Below, piece by piece: positions 1 through 10,908 of a stretch of 64,000 nt of DNA. Each line of letters opens with the position of its first letter. Positions within the stretch are counted from its first letter, which is position 1. Source of the stretch: a virus; the IMG/VR virus record IMGVR_UViG_3300013947_000002, positions 1 through 64,000 of that record, one strand, 5' to 3'. The translations under genes were made by a program, and so were the position numbers. The notes under the pieces were generated by a model. It was not told the origin of the DNA. It worked only from the letters and a program-made list of their open reading frames with translations, and made no database searches.

Positions 1-521
1 CCATCGTTAAGCACCATTACAGTATGGCGGCTTTCATTGACTAGCACGTCGCCACGTCTTAGATAATCAGACGATGTCAGGTATTTCTTATCGGTCAACA
101 TATCAAATTTGCCCGTCTTAGCCCATTGTTGACGCATCTGGAATGTGGCTGGCGCATTACCCTGTGTATATGCCACGTCCATGTTGACACCAGCCGCCTC
201 TGCACAAACCGCCATAAATGCGCTACAGTCCGTCTCACATGGGGTCTTGATTGCGGCTAAGTTCCAACCCGCCTTCTTTGCCTCGGCTCTAAGCGTATTT
301 CTCTGCCACTGGTCATAGCCAATATTTTTATTAGCCACGCCAGACTCGCACACCTTAGCCATCTTTTCAGCTAGATTGGGGTCTTTGGCTCTAATTAGCA
401 ATGTCCATCCATTGCTATACCAACCTGATTTGTTCAGTTCACGCCCCGACTGATTGCCAGCTTGACCGTTCTTGATATTACCATTTTCATCAATGCTTGC
501 TTGACCAATATATACAGCCAT
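1..521 (-). CDS. putative endolysin (cysteine-peptidase type cell-wall hydrolase), 3' end cut by window edge
   Basis: Not in the ORF track because it runs off the window. Hand translation from ATG 519-521 gives MAVYIGQASIDENGNIKNGQAGNQSGRELNKSGW...TPCETDCSAFMAVCAEAAG...RRGDVLVNESRHTVMV. The Cys in 'DCSAF' plus a downstream His resembles an NlpC/P60-like catalytic pair. The start overlaps the holin stop (TAATG). Confidence 0.6.
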   Translation of the reverse strand, partial: MAVYIGQASIDENGNIKNGQAGNQSGRELNKSGWYSNGWTLLIRAKDPNLAEKMAKVCESGVANKNIGYDQWQRNTLRAEAKKAGWNLAAIKTPCETDCSAFMAVCAEAAGVNMDVAYTQGNAPATFQMRQQWAKTGKFDMLTDKKYLTSSDYLRRGDVLVNESRHTVMVLND

Positions 522-850
522 TACTTGCTCTCCTTCTTGGCGTTCACGTTCTTAGTCAGATTGGTCAGCTGGTCAATCATATCGCTAAGAGCTGTCACGT
601 CCATTGGATACTGTACATATTCGGCGCTCGTCTGCACCATAGCCATAACCCATTCTTTTCGGGTCGCGCCATCAGCGAATTTCTTCTCAGCCTGTTCCAT
701 GAGCTTCATAACTAGATCAAGTAGACCAGCCCAGTTCTTTTCTTGGGTCGCCTTCTTTACATACTGCACCAGCTTGAGAACAAGCGGGATGCAGGTTGCA
801 AGACCGGCAAGTAGCGCTACCACTAGATTAACAATTTGTTCTGCACTCAT
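521..850 (-). CDS. holin-like small membrane protein
   Basis: 109 aa with one N-terminal TM helix (IVNLVVALLAGLATCIPLVL) and a charged soluble tail. AGGAGG RBS. Lies directly upstream of the lysin and overlaps it. Confidence 0.55.
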   Translation of the reverse strand: MSAEQIVNLVVALLAGLATCIPLVLKLVQYVKKATQEKNWAGLLDLVMKLMEQAEKKFADGATRKEWVMAMVQTSAEYVQYPMDVTALSDMIDQLTNLTKNVNAKKESK

Positions 851-874
851 TATATATTTCCTCCTATATTCCTA

Positions 875-1513
875 TTATTCCGTAATTTCTTTCCAACCGG
901 CAGGATATGCATCTGGGCTATATGTATTGCCATCAATCAGGCTCTCATATACCTTGCCATTATATTTTACCTTGTCGCCCTTTGCATAGGCATCATGTGC
1001 GCCTGTGGGCTGAACAAAGTCGGGGATTGTATCAGTGGGGGTGTCCGGCTCTTCTGGCTCAATTGGTTCAACAGGGTCGGTCTCTCCACTATCCTCGGCC
1101 ACTTCTTCCCAACCATATACGCCCGGCTCCCATACATTGGCATCAATCGTGCTTTTCCACTTCTTGCCATTGTGCATGACGATATCGCCTAGCTTATAGG
1201 CATCGGTTGCGCCTAGTGGCTGAACCCATGTTGGAATGCCACTAGGGTCAATACCAACCGCCTTATATAGGCTAGTAGCCGTATCTGGTGTATATTGCTC
1301 TTGGCTTGTATGGTCTTGTAGCACCTGATACAACTGTGGGTCGCCCACCGTATTGACACCATATGACACCCATTCGCCTGTGATATATTTTACATTGATT
1401 GCCCATGCATCAAATACGCTAGATACAACTAGCGCCTTTTCTTCAGGTAATGTAGCCGTGAAATATTGTACCGCTTTTCTAAATTGCTGGGCTTGTGCTA
1501 TTCTGTCAATCAT
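875..1513 (-). CDS. fibre-associated protein with two carbohydrate-binding (CBM5/12-like) repeats
   Basis: Two internal repeats of the form AY.xGD.V..NGK.(W/Y).S....N.(W/Y).P (..DAYKLGDIVMHNGKKWKSTIDANVWEPG.. and ..DAYAKGDKVKYNGKVYESLIDGNTYSPD..), separated by an acidic, Pro-rich linker. Confidence 0.5.
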   Translation of the reverse strand: MIDRIAQAQQFRKAVQYFTATLPEEKALVVSSVFDAWAINVKYITGEWVSYGVNTVGDPQLYQVLQDHTSQEQYTPDTATSLYKAVGIDPSGIPTWVQPLGATDAYKLGDIVMHNGKKWKSTIDANVWEPGVYGWEEVAEDSGETDPVEPIEPEEPDTPTDTIPDFVQPTGAHDAYAKGDKVKYNGKVYESLIDGNTYSPDAYPAGWKEITE

Positions 1514-1722
1514 TCAGTCGCCACCTCCTGTTCCTTAACGCCAACCATCGCATCAATTACAGAATTTGCCTCCACTAGCCTATTCTGTAGCTCAAGGACG
1601 AGATTTTCTTGGTTCTGTCTATCAATTGTCTCTTGAGTTGGCCTGTATACGTGCTCGCCATTCTCATTGATAATTTCTACATATCCAGCTCTTGCTGGTA
1701 AAATTGGAGTTGATAACGCCAT
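1510..1722 (-). CDS. hypothetical small protein (fibre module)
   Basis: 70-aa ORF with ATGA stop/start overlap onto the downstream gene. Sits between fibre genes. Confidence 0.6.
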   Translation of the reverse strand: MALSTPILPARAGYVEIINENGEHVYRPTQETIDRQNQENLVLELQNRLVEANSVIDAMVGVKEQEVATE

Positions 1723-1736
1723 TTTTTGTTGCCTCC

Positions 1737-3032
1737 TTAATTTTTTGCTTTGATATAAGTGTACAGCCCATCAGATTGAGAAACTGAAGGTAAATTCAAT
1801 ACAGATTGAGCAGATGTACTATATGCCGTTGTATCGTTAGTGGTATAAAAATTATTTGTTCCAATTACAACTGGAGTAGATGTTGTGATTTTGTTTTTTG
1901 CAACATGTACAGTTCCTTCGGTGTCAATGTAGTAACTTCCGCCTAGCACCAATATATTATTTATTTTGCTAGCACTAGAGCAAGTTACACTAGTGCCACC
2001 ATATAACAACATCGTATACCCAGATGTTAATGAATCACTAATATACACATCATAATCATCAAAGGATCTCACCTTAATAAATAAATAGTATTTACCACCC
2101 CAATATATTGCAAATATATCTCTCGGTGTATCTGACTGTTCAGGAAATTGTACGGCTTTAGAAGTTACATCACCAGAGCTATTTGTAATAATAACGGTTA
2201 CAGAGTTCTTTGAAATGTTGTTAGACCGATATAATCCAACCCCATCTGGTAAATCCCAAAAGCTACCGCCTACTGATATGTTACTGCTACTGCTTTCATA
2301 CCATGAGGATATTTTTACGATATTTGGCTCATTTGCTAAATCATCCCAAATATACATATTACAATATTCAAGCGTACTACCAGTCACGTTATGAAAAGAA
2401 AAATAATGATTATCATAATATATAATATCATCGCCGCCATTACTCAACCCATTTATCTGAAGAGCTGTTTCAGTTGTTATGTTATTACTTGTCCAATAAT
2501 GACTCGAGCCACTAGATGACAACCCAATAAAATTGTTATTTAATCGCTTTGCCTTAAATGAGCTACCAACATCAACGCTATATAACCTTGTCCATGAGGA
2601 ACTATCTCCGGTTAACGTATTGGTTACAAATAGCTTAGTGCCTGATACAATAAGAAACGTGTCATCATCTGTAGCCAATTCCGAGATTTCATATGGCGTA
2701 CTCCCCATAGATTCCCAGTCAAAATCATAGACACTTTTTAGCATACCCGCTAATTCAGGATATTCAGTAATAGATATTGCTTGACCATTACACAATAACC
2801 ACTTATCACCAAGATTAGTTCTTGTTATAGTTAATGTATCACCAATCTGATAAGTTCCACCATCTTTGGTAATAGATTGTAAAGCATCGTCTAATGTTGA
2901 ATCTGATGGTAAATTAGTTGATGCTTGAGCAGTTGAATCGAGTAATACTTGTTCTGAAGTTGTCTGAGGATAGAGCGTATCATAATCTGTACCGGTATAA
3001 TTTTTTATGGTAAAATTTTTCTTTTCAGCCAA
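1737..3032 (-). CDS. tail fibre protein with tail-collar-like motif
   Basis: The N-terminus 'NYTGTDYDTLYPQTTSEQVLLD' is typical of fibre N-termini. 'WLLCNGQAISITEYPELAGML' resembles the phage tail-collar motif. Confidence 0.6.
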   Translation of the reverse strand: MAEKKNFTIKNYTGTDYDTLYPQTTSEQVLLDSTAQASTNLPSDSTLDDALQSITKDGGTYQIGDTLTITRTNLGDKWLLCNGQAISITEYPELAGMLKSVYDFDWESMGSTPYEISELATDDDTFLIVSGTKLFVTNTLTGDSSSWTRLYSVDVGSSFKAKRLNNNFIGLSSSGSSHYWTSNNITTETALQINGLSNGGDDIIYYDNHYFSFHNVTGSTLEYCNMYIWDDLANEPNIVKISSWYESSSSNISVGGSFWDLPDGVGLYRSNNISKNSVTVIITNSSGDVTSKAVQFPEQSDTPRDIFAIYWGGKYYLFIKVRSFDDYDVYISDSLTSGYTMLLYGGTSVTCSSASKINNILVLGGSYYIDTEGTVHVAKNKITTSTPVVIGTNNFYTTNDTTAYSTSAQSVLNLPSVSQSDGLYTYIKAKN

Positions 3033-3043
3033 CTATATTCACC

Positions 3044-5122
3044 TCATTCTTCAATTACTGGGCCAACAGTGAATTCACCTGTGCCCCCATTTTCATAAAA
3101 TATATTATGCACGTTGTCCCATAGCCCAACATTGCCCCACTTGTTACGATATGGAACATAATCCCTAATCAGCACACCATTATCCCATATTTTACATGAA
3201 TGTAGGAACGCCGCTATGGCTGGCTTCTGGAAATAGCCATCTTTGCTATAGGTTAATAGCGCCATATTATTCTTCATCTTAAATTCGCTTGCGTCATATT
3301 GCACAGATTGCCCATTGACAGCAAGCTGATTTTTATTCATATCAATGGTCATCTTAGCAAATGACGTGCCAACCGATATCGTCTGAGTGTTATCCTGATT
3401 ATAACCAAACGTGACCGTACCATTACTGTATGATACACCAAAATACGTATATGTATCATCTGCGGCTTGGTCTTCCTTCTCATTGGTATACAATGAGCCG
3501 AATAGATAGCCACTTGTATTATTCATTGGCGTTATCACCATCTGAACACGTGTATTATTATTTGGGATAAATCCGGTGCTAATAAGCTGGTTACCTGTAG
3601 ACATGATATACTGTAACTCAACTGGCTCAGATGTTCCGTCGACCAAATAATAAGGATACCAACTTGACGCTGATATGGTCATACTGTTTGCATCGCCATA
3701 TTGGGCATTATATGACTGTATCATATATTTCTTTTGATCGCCCTGTAATTTCATGGCATGACTCATGATGATATTGACATCGAGCCAAGGAATTGGTATA
3801 GTAGCCAATGAGATACCGTCATTGAGCCGACAACGCCAGTATAGCTCTAAATCGGCACGTTGCTTAGCTAGGTCGTTTGATGTGATATTATCGTATTCAC
3901 CACTATAGCATACATGTCTAATAATACCAACTGAGCTAGAACCAACAGGGTCACCTACATAGAAGGGACTGTCTGGATTATTATCATATGCTACAGCAGA
4001 TGCTTGATCATTTCCCAAATCAAGAAAAGTGCCGTTTGCTTGAAATTGAGAAACATAATATTTATCCTTTTCTAGCTTCTTTACACTAGACCCATCACTA
4101 TTAACAAGCTTGTATGTACCCAATACAGTAGACTCGGATTCGCTAGCCCCAGCCGTTATAGTCAAATAAACAGACCCCTCTACATTGCTAGGCGGCACAA
4201 ATCCAACCAATGTCCACTCTTGTAATGGTGAAGCGCCACTAACAGTTGGCGTTAATGACGGTATATGCAACGTGACGGTCGAGCCATCTACAGTTGTCTT
4301 ATCGCTAAAGTGGTCGATGTCATGACTGCGTCCATATACCTCTATATAGTTCTTGACATTCTCAAAATCAGTGCTTACTGATTCTTGAATAACAATATTT
4401 TGCCACACATCATCATCAATCAACACTGGGTCATTTGCTCCGGTTGGGATTGGCTCATAGTGAAATACGCCATCAACATCAAAATACATCTGATACTGAG
4501 GTAGGATAGCAAGTAACTCTTTGAGAATATCATATACTGTGCCACCCTGTGCTATCTCAATATCATATGGCACTTCCTGTATTGTGTCATCTACGTTCTT
4601 ACATTCACTGACAATATATTTGGTAAATCCACCCAATTCCAACGCGGCGATAATTGCCCCGCGCACATCTGAGCCAATAGGAATTTTTGTCGGTACGCCC
4701 GGTAATTCACCATTTCTCAGTCCTGTCAACTTGGCCATCAGGTCAAGTCCAGAAAATGACAAAGTGTAATTAGCGGCATCATACTGATAACTAGGTGCAT
4801 TGATTAGATATACGCCCTGATTGTACCATTGAATGTTCCTTGTTCGCATATTCTCGTAACCAATCCATGGGCGAATATATCTATCAAGAAAAATCTTACC
4901 ACCAGCCTTAATCTCAAATGAGCTGTCTGTAACAACTAAGCTACATTCACATGAACGTCGCAAATCAGCATTTGCATCAACCGCCACAGAGAAACCGATA
5001 AGATTACCACTTAGTTCATCTACGACGTTCATGTTGAAGTCCAATAGGTCGAGCTTAATATACTGCTTGATATATGATTGCCTAAGAATGTTATAATCGT
5101 CCTGTGTAATATTTAATGCCAT
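3044..5122 (-). CDS. large tail-tip / baseplate hub-type structural protein (Tal-like)
   Basis: 692 aa. Call rests on its position among tail genes and its size. No catalytic motif recognised. Confidence 0.45.
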   Translation of the reverse strand: MALNITQDDYNILRQSYIKQYIKLDLLDFNMNVVDELSGNLIGFSVAVDANADLRRSCECSLVVTDSSFEIKAGGKIFLDRYIRPWIGYENMRTRNIQWYNQGVYLINAPSYQYDAANYTLSFSGLDLMAKLTGLRNGELPGVPTKIPIGSDVRGAIIAALELGGFTKYIVSECKNVDDTIQEVPYDIEIAQGGTVYDILKELLAILPQYQMYFDVDGVFHYEPIPTGANDPVLIDDDVWQNIVIQESVSTDFENVKNYIEVYGRSHDIDHFSDKTTVDGSTVTLHIPSLTPTVSGASPLQEWTLVGFVPPSNVEGSVYLTITAGASESESTVLGTYKLVNSDGSSVKKLEKDKYYVSQFQANGTFLDLGNDQASAVAYDNNPDSPFYVGDPVGSSSVGIIRHVCYSGEYDNITSNDLAKQRADLELYWRCRLNDGISLATIPIPWLDVNIIMSHAMKLQGDQKKYMIQSYNAQYGDANSMTISASSWYPYYLVDGTSEPVELQYIMSTGNQLISTGFIPNNNTRVQMVITPMNNTSGYLFGSLYTNEKEDQAADDTYTYFGVSYSNGTVTFGYNQDNTQTISVGTSFAKMTIDMNKNQLAVNGQSVQYDASEFKMKNNMALLTYSKDGYFQKPAIAAFLHSCKIWDNGVLIRDYVPYRNKWGNVGLWDNVHNIFYENGGTGEFTVGPVIEE

Positions 5123-5125
5123 ATA

Positions 5126-6034
5126 TTAAGCCTCCGTTGGGATAAGCCCATTCATAAATAGATCGCTCTTGCTATCTGCCTTGCCTGTCTCTGTCCAGCT
5201 TGCACTAACATCGCACATACCCATGCCATAACTTGCGTCATAAGATACAGATGGATTACCAGTAACGCAAACAAGCCAAGAACCGCCATTCCAGTCCTTA
5301 ATAATCTTTGGCTTACCATTCGTCAAGAATTTGAGCAGAGTATTGCGCCTTGCTACAATTTCTTGTCTATCAATATTACCTGTTTCCTCAAAGTCGGCTG
5401 GTAGTACCTTGCCTTGAATTGAGCCAGTCTGATAATTCTGCAAGCCGTTACTAATAACAATAGGGAATTCGCGCCCATATGGAGTAAATACGCCTACTTG
5501 CCGCACTTGGTCATTATTGCCATATGCCACACCACAGTACATCTTATATACAGTATCCAAGTCGCAGATAAACACGCCCTTGAAATTAGTAGTAATCTGC
5601 TCGACCATATAGTCTCCCTCAACACCACTCATCATGAGCACATAGGCATATTGATAGTCGGTGAAGTTAAGCGCCAAGTTGTCAGTGAATGTGAACGCCA
5701 ATTCAGACAAGTCGTTAATCTCAGCCTCTTTAATCGTTGTCCACTCAAATTCACCAACTTTGCGCCTCTTGAGTCTATAACCCGTAATATCCTTGGTAAT
5801 CTGGTCGACATTACCAGCTGAGATATTACCGTCAAAGTTACAATCCATAATAGTCTCCCAATCCCAATCAGTGGGCTTTTCTGGACTGTATGGCTTTGTC
5901 ACGTTATTAGTCACATTGAAATGGTCATATATGCCATTCTCAATGCGCGTCTTAGTAATATGTGAGACGTTGGTAGGCATTGGGTCGATGGCATTCCTGT
6001 CCGAACAAAAATTATATCCTAATACAGCTATCAA
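5126..6034 (-). CDS. tail/baseplate structural protein
   Basis: 302-aa ORF that overlaps the upstream gene by 4 nt (6031-6034). Lies in the tail module. Confidence 0.45.
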   Translation of the reverse strand: MIAVLGYNFCSDRNAIDPMPTNVSHITKTRIENGIYDHFNVTNNVTKPYSPEKPTDWDWETIMDCNFDGNISAGNVDQITKDITGYRLKRRKVGEFEWTTIKEAEINDLSELAFTFTDNLALNFTDYQYAYVLMMSGVEGDYMVEQITTNFKGVFICDLDTVYKMYCGVAYGNNDQVRQVGVFTPYGREFPIVISNGLQNYQTGSIQGKVLPADFEETGNIDRQEIVARRNTLLKFLTNGKPKIIKDWNGGSWLVCVTGNPSVSYDASYGMGMCDVSASWTETGKADSKSDLFMNGLIPTEA

Positions 6035-7113
6035 ACAATCTCACCTCTATTCTCAATCTTTAAGTCATATACATTGTTGATGCGCCGATTCCAAATGAAT
6101 AGATATTCTGTGTCAGATGGTTTGGCTATCTTATTAGAGAAGATACCATAGTAATGTTCCCATTTTGGATGCTTGGCCACTAATTCTACCCACACATACT
6201 CATTCTCTTCGCGATATGTTAATGTGACAGTCGCGCCATCATCATTAGTGAATGTGAGAATTTTTGAGTTAGAATTAAAGTCGCGCCCCCATATACCCAT
6301 GGTATAATCACCAGCTATCTCGTAATTATCCTTCCATTCAACCCATGAACCGGACTCTCTAAGGTCAACCTCTTTATCGTCAATATATGTGGGAGGATAT
6401 GGATTAGAATCGCCCGCAATGCCAACCGTGTTATTCTCAATTGTAACATATCCATCATGGCAATTATTTGTCAGATACATGGTGGTATAGACGCGCGGCA
6501 CATAGTAAACGATGTATATGCTCGTCTTACCAGATTCTACGGCTGTGCCCTCTACAGTCTGCCCCACCACCTCAATCTGATAGGTAAGCCCATCCTCAAA
6601 ACCTGAAAATGTATATGCTATAACCGTAGGTACGGCCTGATTTTGTAGATATTTAGTGCCGCTTGTTGCCACTAGGCCACCCTGCGCGTCATATAAATTG
6701 AATTGATACTGTGCCAGTTGCTCAGATTCGGCCTGATTATACTGTGCCTCAAATTCAAATGAAGCATTGGGGATGTTATTGCTTGCGGGCATATTAGTGA
6801 ACGCTAAAGTAGGCTGAGTATAACAATAGAATAAAATTGGGTCTGACTCAACCGATATATTGCCCTGAGCGTCAATCGTTTGAATTGTCGCCTGATAGCG
6901 TGTACCATTGGTCAATGTATCAGCAGGTAATGTATGAATATAAGCAAACGTTGTAACTGTCTGTTTATATACCTGCTCTAGGGTTGCATTATTTTTTATT
7001 GTTAATATGTTGCCTGTGACCTGAGAGCCGCCTTGTGAATAAAATCTGAACTTCTGTTCCTTAGTCGCGTCAAATGCGGCTACAGGAAATAGGCTGGGTT
7101 TAGTAAGCGCCAT
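6031..7113 (-). CDS. tail/baseplate structural protein
   Basis: 360-aa ORF in the tail module with a beta-rich repetitive composition. Confidence 0.45.
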   Translation of the reverse strand: MALTKPSLFPVAAFDATKEQKFRFYSQGGSQVTGNILTIKNNATLEQVYKQTVTTFAYIHTLPADTLTNGTRYQATIQTIDAQGNISVESDPILFYCYTQPTLAFTNMPASNNIPNASFEFEAQYNQAESEQLAQYQFNLYDAQGGLVATSGTKYLQNQAVPTVIAYTFSGFEDGLTYQIEVVGQTVEGTAVESGKTSIYIVYYVPRVYTTMYLTNNCHDGYVTIENNTVGIAGDSNPYPPTYIDDKEVDLRESGSWVEWKDNYEIAGDYTMGIWGRDFNSNSKILTFTNDDGATVTLTYREENEYVWVELVAKHPKWEHYYGIFSNKIAKPSDTEYLFIWNRRINNVYDLKIENRGEIV

Positions 7114-7129
7114 ATCTCATCCTCCTCTC

Positions 7130-7345
7130 TTAAATATTTGCCGTTCCGGTGACGTGATACCAGTAGTCCCCAGATGATTGATTAGTAGGTTGTGCTGTGC
7201 TAGTGGTTATGTTGGTTCCGGCTAATTTGTCGGATATGAAATAAAGCTGATTCTCGTCAATAGTTCTAGCCGCCAATGCCGCATCATATTGACTCTGAGT
7301 CAAATAGTTAATTAGTAATTCTTGTAGATTTGTTGTTGTAGCCAA
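7130..7345 (-). CDS. hypothetical small structural-module protein
   Basis: 71-aa ORF, tightly packed between tail genes. Confidence 0.5.
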   Translation of the reverse strand: MATTTNLQELLINYLTQSQYDAALAARTIDENQLYFISDKLAGTNITTSTAQPTNQSSGDYWYHVTGTANI

Positions 7346-7363
7346 TTATCTCATATCCCCCTC

Positions 7364-8089
7364 TCATACATATGTTATTGTCAAATCACATCTTACATAG
7401 TCAGATGAGCTATTTCTTGTACTCATATCTATGGCTATATTTGCCGAACCAGTTAAGCCACTAATAATACAAACGAACATCATCTCCGCAGCGTTGCCAG
7501 TACCAAATTTAGACGGTGCTATTAGCGTTACACCAGATGGTAAAGACGCTGCATAAAAATATATATTCTCATACGACGTTGACGTTCCGCCTTGCATAGA
7601 TATCATCACGTCACCATTTGCCATATACCCAATTTTTACACCATAAGATGTATTATAATAAGTACTATTTGCATATGTGCCAGTTGGTGTGATTGAACCA
7701 TCGTTCACAATAATCGGCTCGATACCCTCATTCGGTACATTGACAACTACGGTTTTGTATCCATTTATATTCTCTGTGCTGGCTGTATATGTACCATTCT
7801 CAGTAATCGACTTATTACTTAGTTTCATGGCGCTTACAGCTACCTGATTTAATCCATAATTGCCTGTATCAGCTGTTATGACTTGCGTTGATTCTGTTGG
7901 TTGCACCGTTTTAGATTGAAGTGGCGCACCGTTTACTGTAAATTCGCTAAATGCATCATAATCCGCTGATGGCAAATATGATACCGCATTCTCTGTCGGA
8001 CTAACCGTTTTTTGTTCAAGATTTACATCAACCAAATGTTTAATTGTGTCAACTCTTCCTATTTTATTACTTCCTAAATATAATGGCAC
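7364..8089 (-). CDS. tail fibre-module protein
   Basis: 241-aa ORF lying 1 nt downstream of the preceding fibre-like gene. Confidence 0.5.
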   Translation of the reverse strand: MPLYLGSNKIGRVDTIKHLVDVNLEQKTVSPTENAVSYLPSADYDAFSEFTVNGAPLQSKTVQPTESTQVITADTGNYGLNQVAVSAMKLSNKSITENGTYTASTENINGYKTVVVNVPNEGIEPIIVNDGSITPTGTYANSTYYNTSYGVKIGYMANGDVMISMQGGTSTSYENIYFYAASLPSGVTLIAPSKFGTGNAAEMMFVCIISGLTGSANIAIDMSTRNSSSDYVRCDLTITYV

Positions 8090-8090
8090 G

Positions 8091-8426
8091 CTACCACCTC
8101 ACAATCTTGACTTGAGTGCCACCACCCGATACGTCTATCGTAATATCACCTGTTTCCCCGTTTACACTTGTAACTGGATAAGGCGGCGGATTAGTTGAGC
8201 TGTATTGCTTAACGTTATCAACATTGCCCAAGCCGATATCTGACTTGTTTAATGTGACAACACCGGTTTTTCCATTGACCGATTTTACCGGAATATCATC
8301 AGATGTAATATAGCCGCTATCATTTGTTAGCTGACTTACATCAGTAGGGATACTATTTTTTACATTATCTAATTTATCTTTTGTTGCAATGGATTCATCG
8401 TTGAGGTAAGTGCCAACATATTTCAT
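8091..8426 (-). CDS. short tail-fibre-like protein
   Basis: Contains repeats 'VKSVNGKTGVVTLNKSDIGLGNVDN' and 'VTSVNGETGDITI', which are typical of phage fibre shafts. Confidence 0.5.
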   Translation of the reverse strand: MKYVGTYLNDESIATKDKLDNVKNSIPTDVSQLTNDSGYITSDDIPVKSVNGKTGVVTLNKSDIGLGNVDNVKQYSSTNPPPYPVTSVNGETGDITIDVSGGGTQVKIVRW

Positions 8427-8441
8427 TGGTTGTCACCTCTA

Positions 8442-10181
8442 TCATCCAATAATTACTACTCTATATGTGCCAGCGGCAAGCGTTCCTGTTCCGTTAATTT
8501 TAATCGTTACCGCACCATTCGTTGCGATTACAACATCAGCGATAACCTGTTCGTTAGTCGCTACTTCGTACAGCTGTACCGCCACAGGCGTTTCAACGCC
8601 ATGGGTTGCCTTGGTAATAGTCCATGTATATGCTCCCCCAGATGCAGTAATGGCCGCATTGGTAGCAGTATATTTCTTGAGGATGGTTGGCATATTTTGC
8701 CAAGTTGGCGCATCAGAGCCATTAGAGACAAGATGCTGACCGGCAGTACCTCCGGTAGTAGGTGCATAGAAACTTGGTTTCTTGGTTGTCGTGCCGTTTA
8801 GTGTAATTTCATTATTGGTTGCGCCAGCTTCAATACCAGCCAGTTTACTGAAATCATCGGCGCTCATAGCACCTGCGGTAGTAGCAGAAGCCGCACCCAT
8901 CTTAATGCCATTAGCATCAACTGATAGACCGTTGCCAGTCACAACCTTGACCGACACAACATTGGCTGCGCTAATCTCGATACCATTGCCAGCCGTATAT
9001 ACATCAACTAGGTCTTCAACATTTAGATAAATATGGCTCTCTGTGCCAGTGCCGCTTGCACTATCATATGTATTGACGGTAAAATCAATGTACTTAGTGC
9101 CAGATGGTAGACCAGAGGGGTCGCCTGTGCCAGTAGATGTCTTGATTTCGGCGCTCTTGACCAGATAGTCCTTGGGGATATTGATGACCTCACCAGCCTT
9201 AACACCGTCCTTCTCAAGCTGATAGGATGCAAGATAGCCAGTAGTAGCCGTAGCCAACTTGGTAATGGTATATTCTGGCACATCAACTTCTGGGATAGTA
9301 ACCATAAGGCCGTCAGCAGATAGAGATGCCGCATTGCCCGCCTTGGTGTCGAGCTTAATACCAACAGTAGGCGCAGTAGCCGTACCATCAATTGCAATGC
9401 CGCCATTAGCAGTAGCGCCAACAGAGGCCACCTTCGCATCAGCTGTCGCCTGTGCGTTGTCTGCCGCCGTTTGTGTTGCCTCAACAGCATCAGTAGTTGC
9501 CGCACCAATAGCCGCTGGGGTAATGGCTACATTCTGCGCCGCAGTAACATGACCAGCCGCATCAACTGTAACCTGAGCCACAGAGCCAGCCGCGCCATAT
9601 GTGCCAGCAGTAGCACCGCTCAGACTATGACCAATATTAACCGTCTTACCAGAGCCGTTGATGTCAACCCACTTATTGCCAGACGCTACAGAGAACGTAT
9701 CTGTCTTGCTTGTCGCGGCAATTGTCGTATCAGCAGTCGCACCAGCAACAGCCGTAGTAGCCGTACTCTGCTTCTTTACGCTGATATTTGACCATGCGTT
9801 CTGGTTGACTTCGCCGCCACCGGCCACGGCATTTTTAATTGCCTCGTCCATCGCTGCCATAGCTTCTTGTAGGCTCATCCCAACCGTAACATAGCCGCCC
9901 TCAACAGGGGCATAGCCAGTAAGCGTCAAGTCGACAACGTTAGTGACCTCGACACCTCCTTGGTCATTAAGTCCAGTAACGACAGCACCAGTTGTAGAAT
10001 CTTGATTATATAGGACACCAACATTGACCCATGCCGTGCCCATGTACTGTCTCAACACTTTGTTTGTGCTGTTATAATAAATCTGTCCTTCTCTGCCATC
10101 GGCAGGGTCAATCGCTAGTACCTGAATGACCGCATTTTGTAGCTCATTCTTTAAGAGATTAAGATTTGTTAAAAATTGCAT
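8442..10181 (-). CDS. tail fibre protein
   Basis: The N-terminus 'MQFLTNLNLLKNELQNAVIQVLAIDPADGREGQIYYNSTNKVL' is a common phage-fibre N-terminal motif. A long Ala/Thr/Gly-rich shaft follows. Confidence 0.6.
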   Translation of the reverse strand: MQFLTNLNLLKNELQNAVIQVLAIDPADGREGQIYYNSTNKVLRQYMGTAWVNVGVLYNQDSTTGAVVTGLNDQGGVEVTNVVDLTLTGYAPVEGGYVTVGMSLQEAMAAMDEAIKNAVAGGGEVNQNAWSNISVKKQSTATTAVAGATADTTIAATSKTDTFSVASGNKWVDINGSGKTVNIGHSLSGATAGTYGAAGSVAQVTVDAAGHVTAAQNVAITPAAIGAATTDAVEATQTAADNAQATADAKVASVGATANGGIAIDGTATAPTVGIKLDTKAGNAASLSADGLMVTIPEVDVPEYTITKLATATTGYLASYQLEKDGVKAGEVINIPKDYLVKSAEIKTSTGTGDPSGLPSGTKYIDFTVNTYDSASGTGTESHIYLNVEDLVDVYTAGNGIEISAANVVSVKVVTGNGLSVDANGIKMGAASATTAGAMSADDFSKLAGIEAGATNNEITLNGTTTKKPSFYAPTTGGTAGQHLVSNGSDAPTWQNMPTILKKYTATNAAITASGGAYTWTITKATHGVETPVAVQLYEVATNEQVIADVVIATNGAVTIKINGTGTLAAGTYRVVIIG

Positions 10182-10200
10182 AATCTATACCACTCCTTAT

Positions 10201-10902
10201 TTAATTTAGATATGCCTTACCAGAAAATGGCGCGGTAAATGTAATTATTAAAGAATTCAATGTTGTATATTCAACATCGCCAACCACCTGATTATCTCCT
10301 GAATCAACAACCGACACAGACGGATATTTATACATATTATGCTGAATTACCCATGTTGCCGCCGCAATGTTCTGCGTATGCACATATGTTTTATCGCCAC
10401 CACCCTCAGTAGGAACAGGAATATCACTAAGCTCGTATTGATGTGTTTTGACATTCCAAATCATCCAGAATCCGCTCATATCTGGGTATGGAGGATGATT
10501 ATTTAACTCATTGATATTTTCTTCAATCTGGTAAAATTCACTTGGTACTGGGTCATAAGTTGAACCCGGCTCAAGGCTGCGCTCCACCCATCCTTCAAAA
10601 ATATCACTATGATAAATCTGTGTTCCATTAGTAGCTCTTAACTGCATGATATATCGACCGTCAAATGGGAGCATTGCCGCAGTAAGTAATGCAGTGCATA
10701 GATTACCAGTCCTGTTTAGGTCGACAATATTATACAATGTCTTACCAGAACAATCTTTATGAGTATATTGCACATCTAGTTTATACTGCCATGATTCGTC
10801 AGTATCAACTTCAACTGTAATATTATCAACTAAATTATTTTTCTGAAATGCAAGCGTCTGCACATCTTGCGTCACCTTGGTACCAATTAGCTTTAAGTTC
10901 AA
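10201..10902 (-). CDS. tail structural protein
   Basis: 233-aa ORF lying second downstream of the tape measure gene. Confidence 0.5.
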   Translation of the reverse strand: MNLKLIGTKVTQDVQTLAFQKNNLVDNITVEVDTDESWQYKLDVQYTHKDCSGKTLYNIVDLNRTGNLCTALLTAAMLPFDGRYIMQLRATNGTQIYHSDIFEGWVERSLEPGSTYDPVPSEFYQIEENINELNNHPPYPDMSGFWMIWNVKTHQYELSDIPVPTEGGGDKTYVHTQNIAAATWVIQHNMYKYPSVSVVDSGDNQVVGDVEYTTLNSLIITFTAPFSGKAYLN

Positions 10903-10908
10903 ATTATA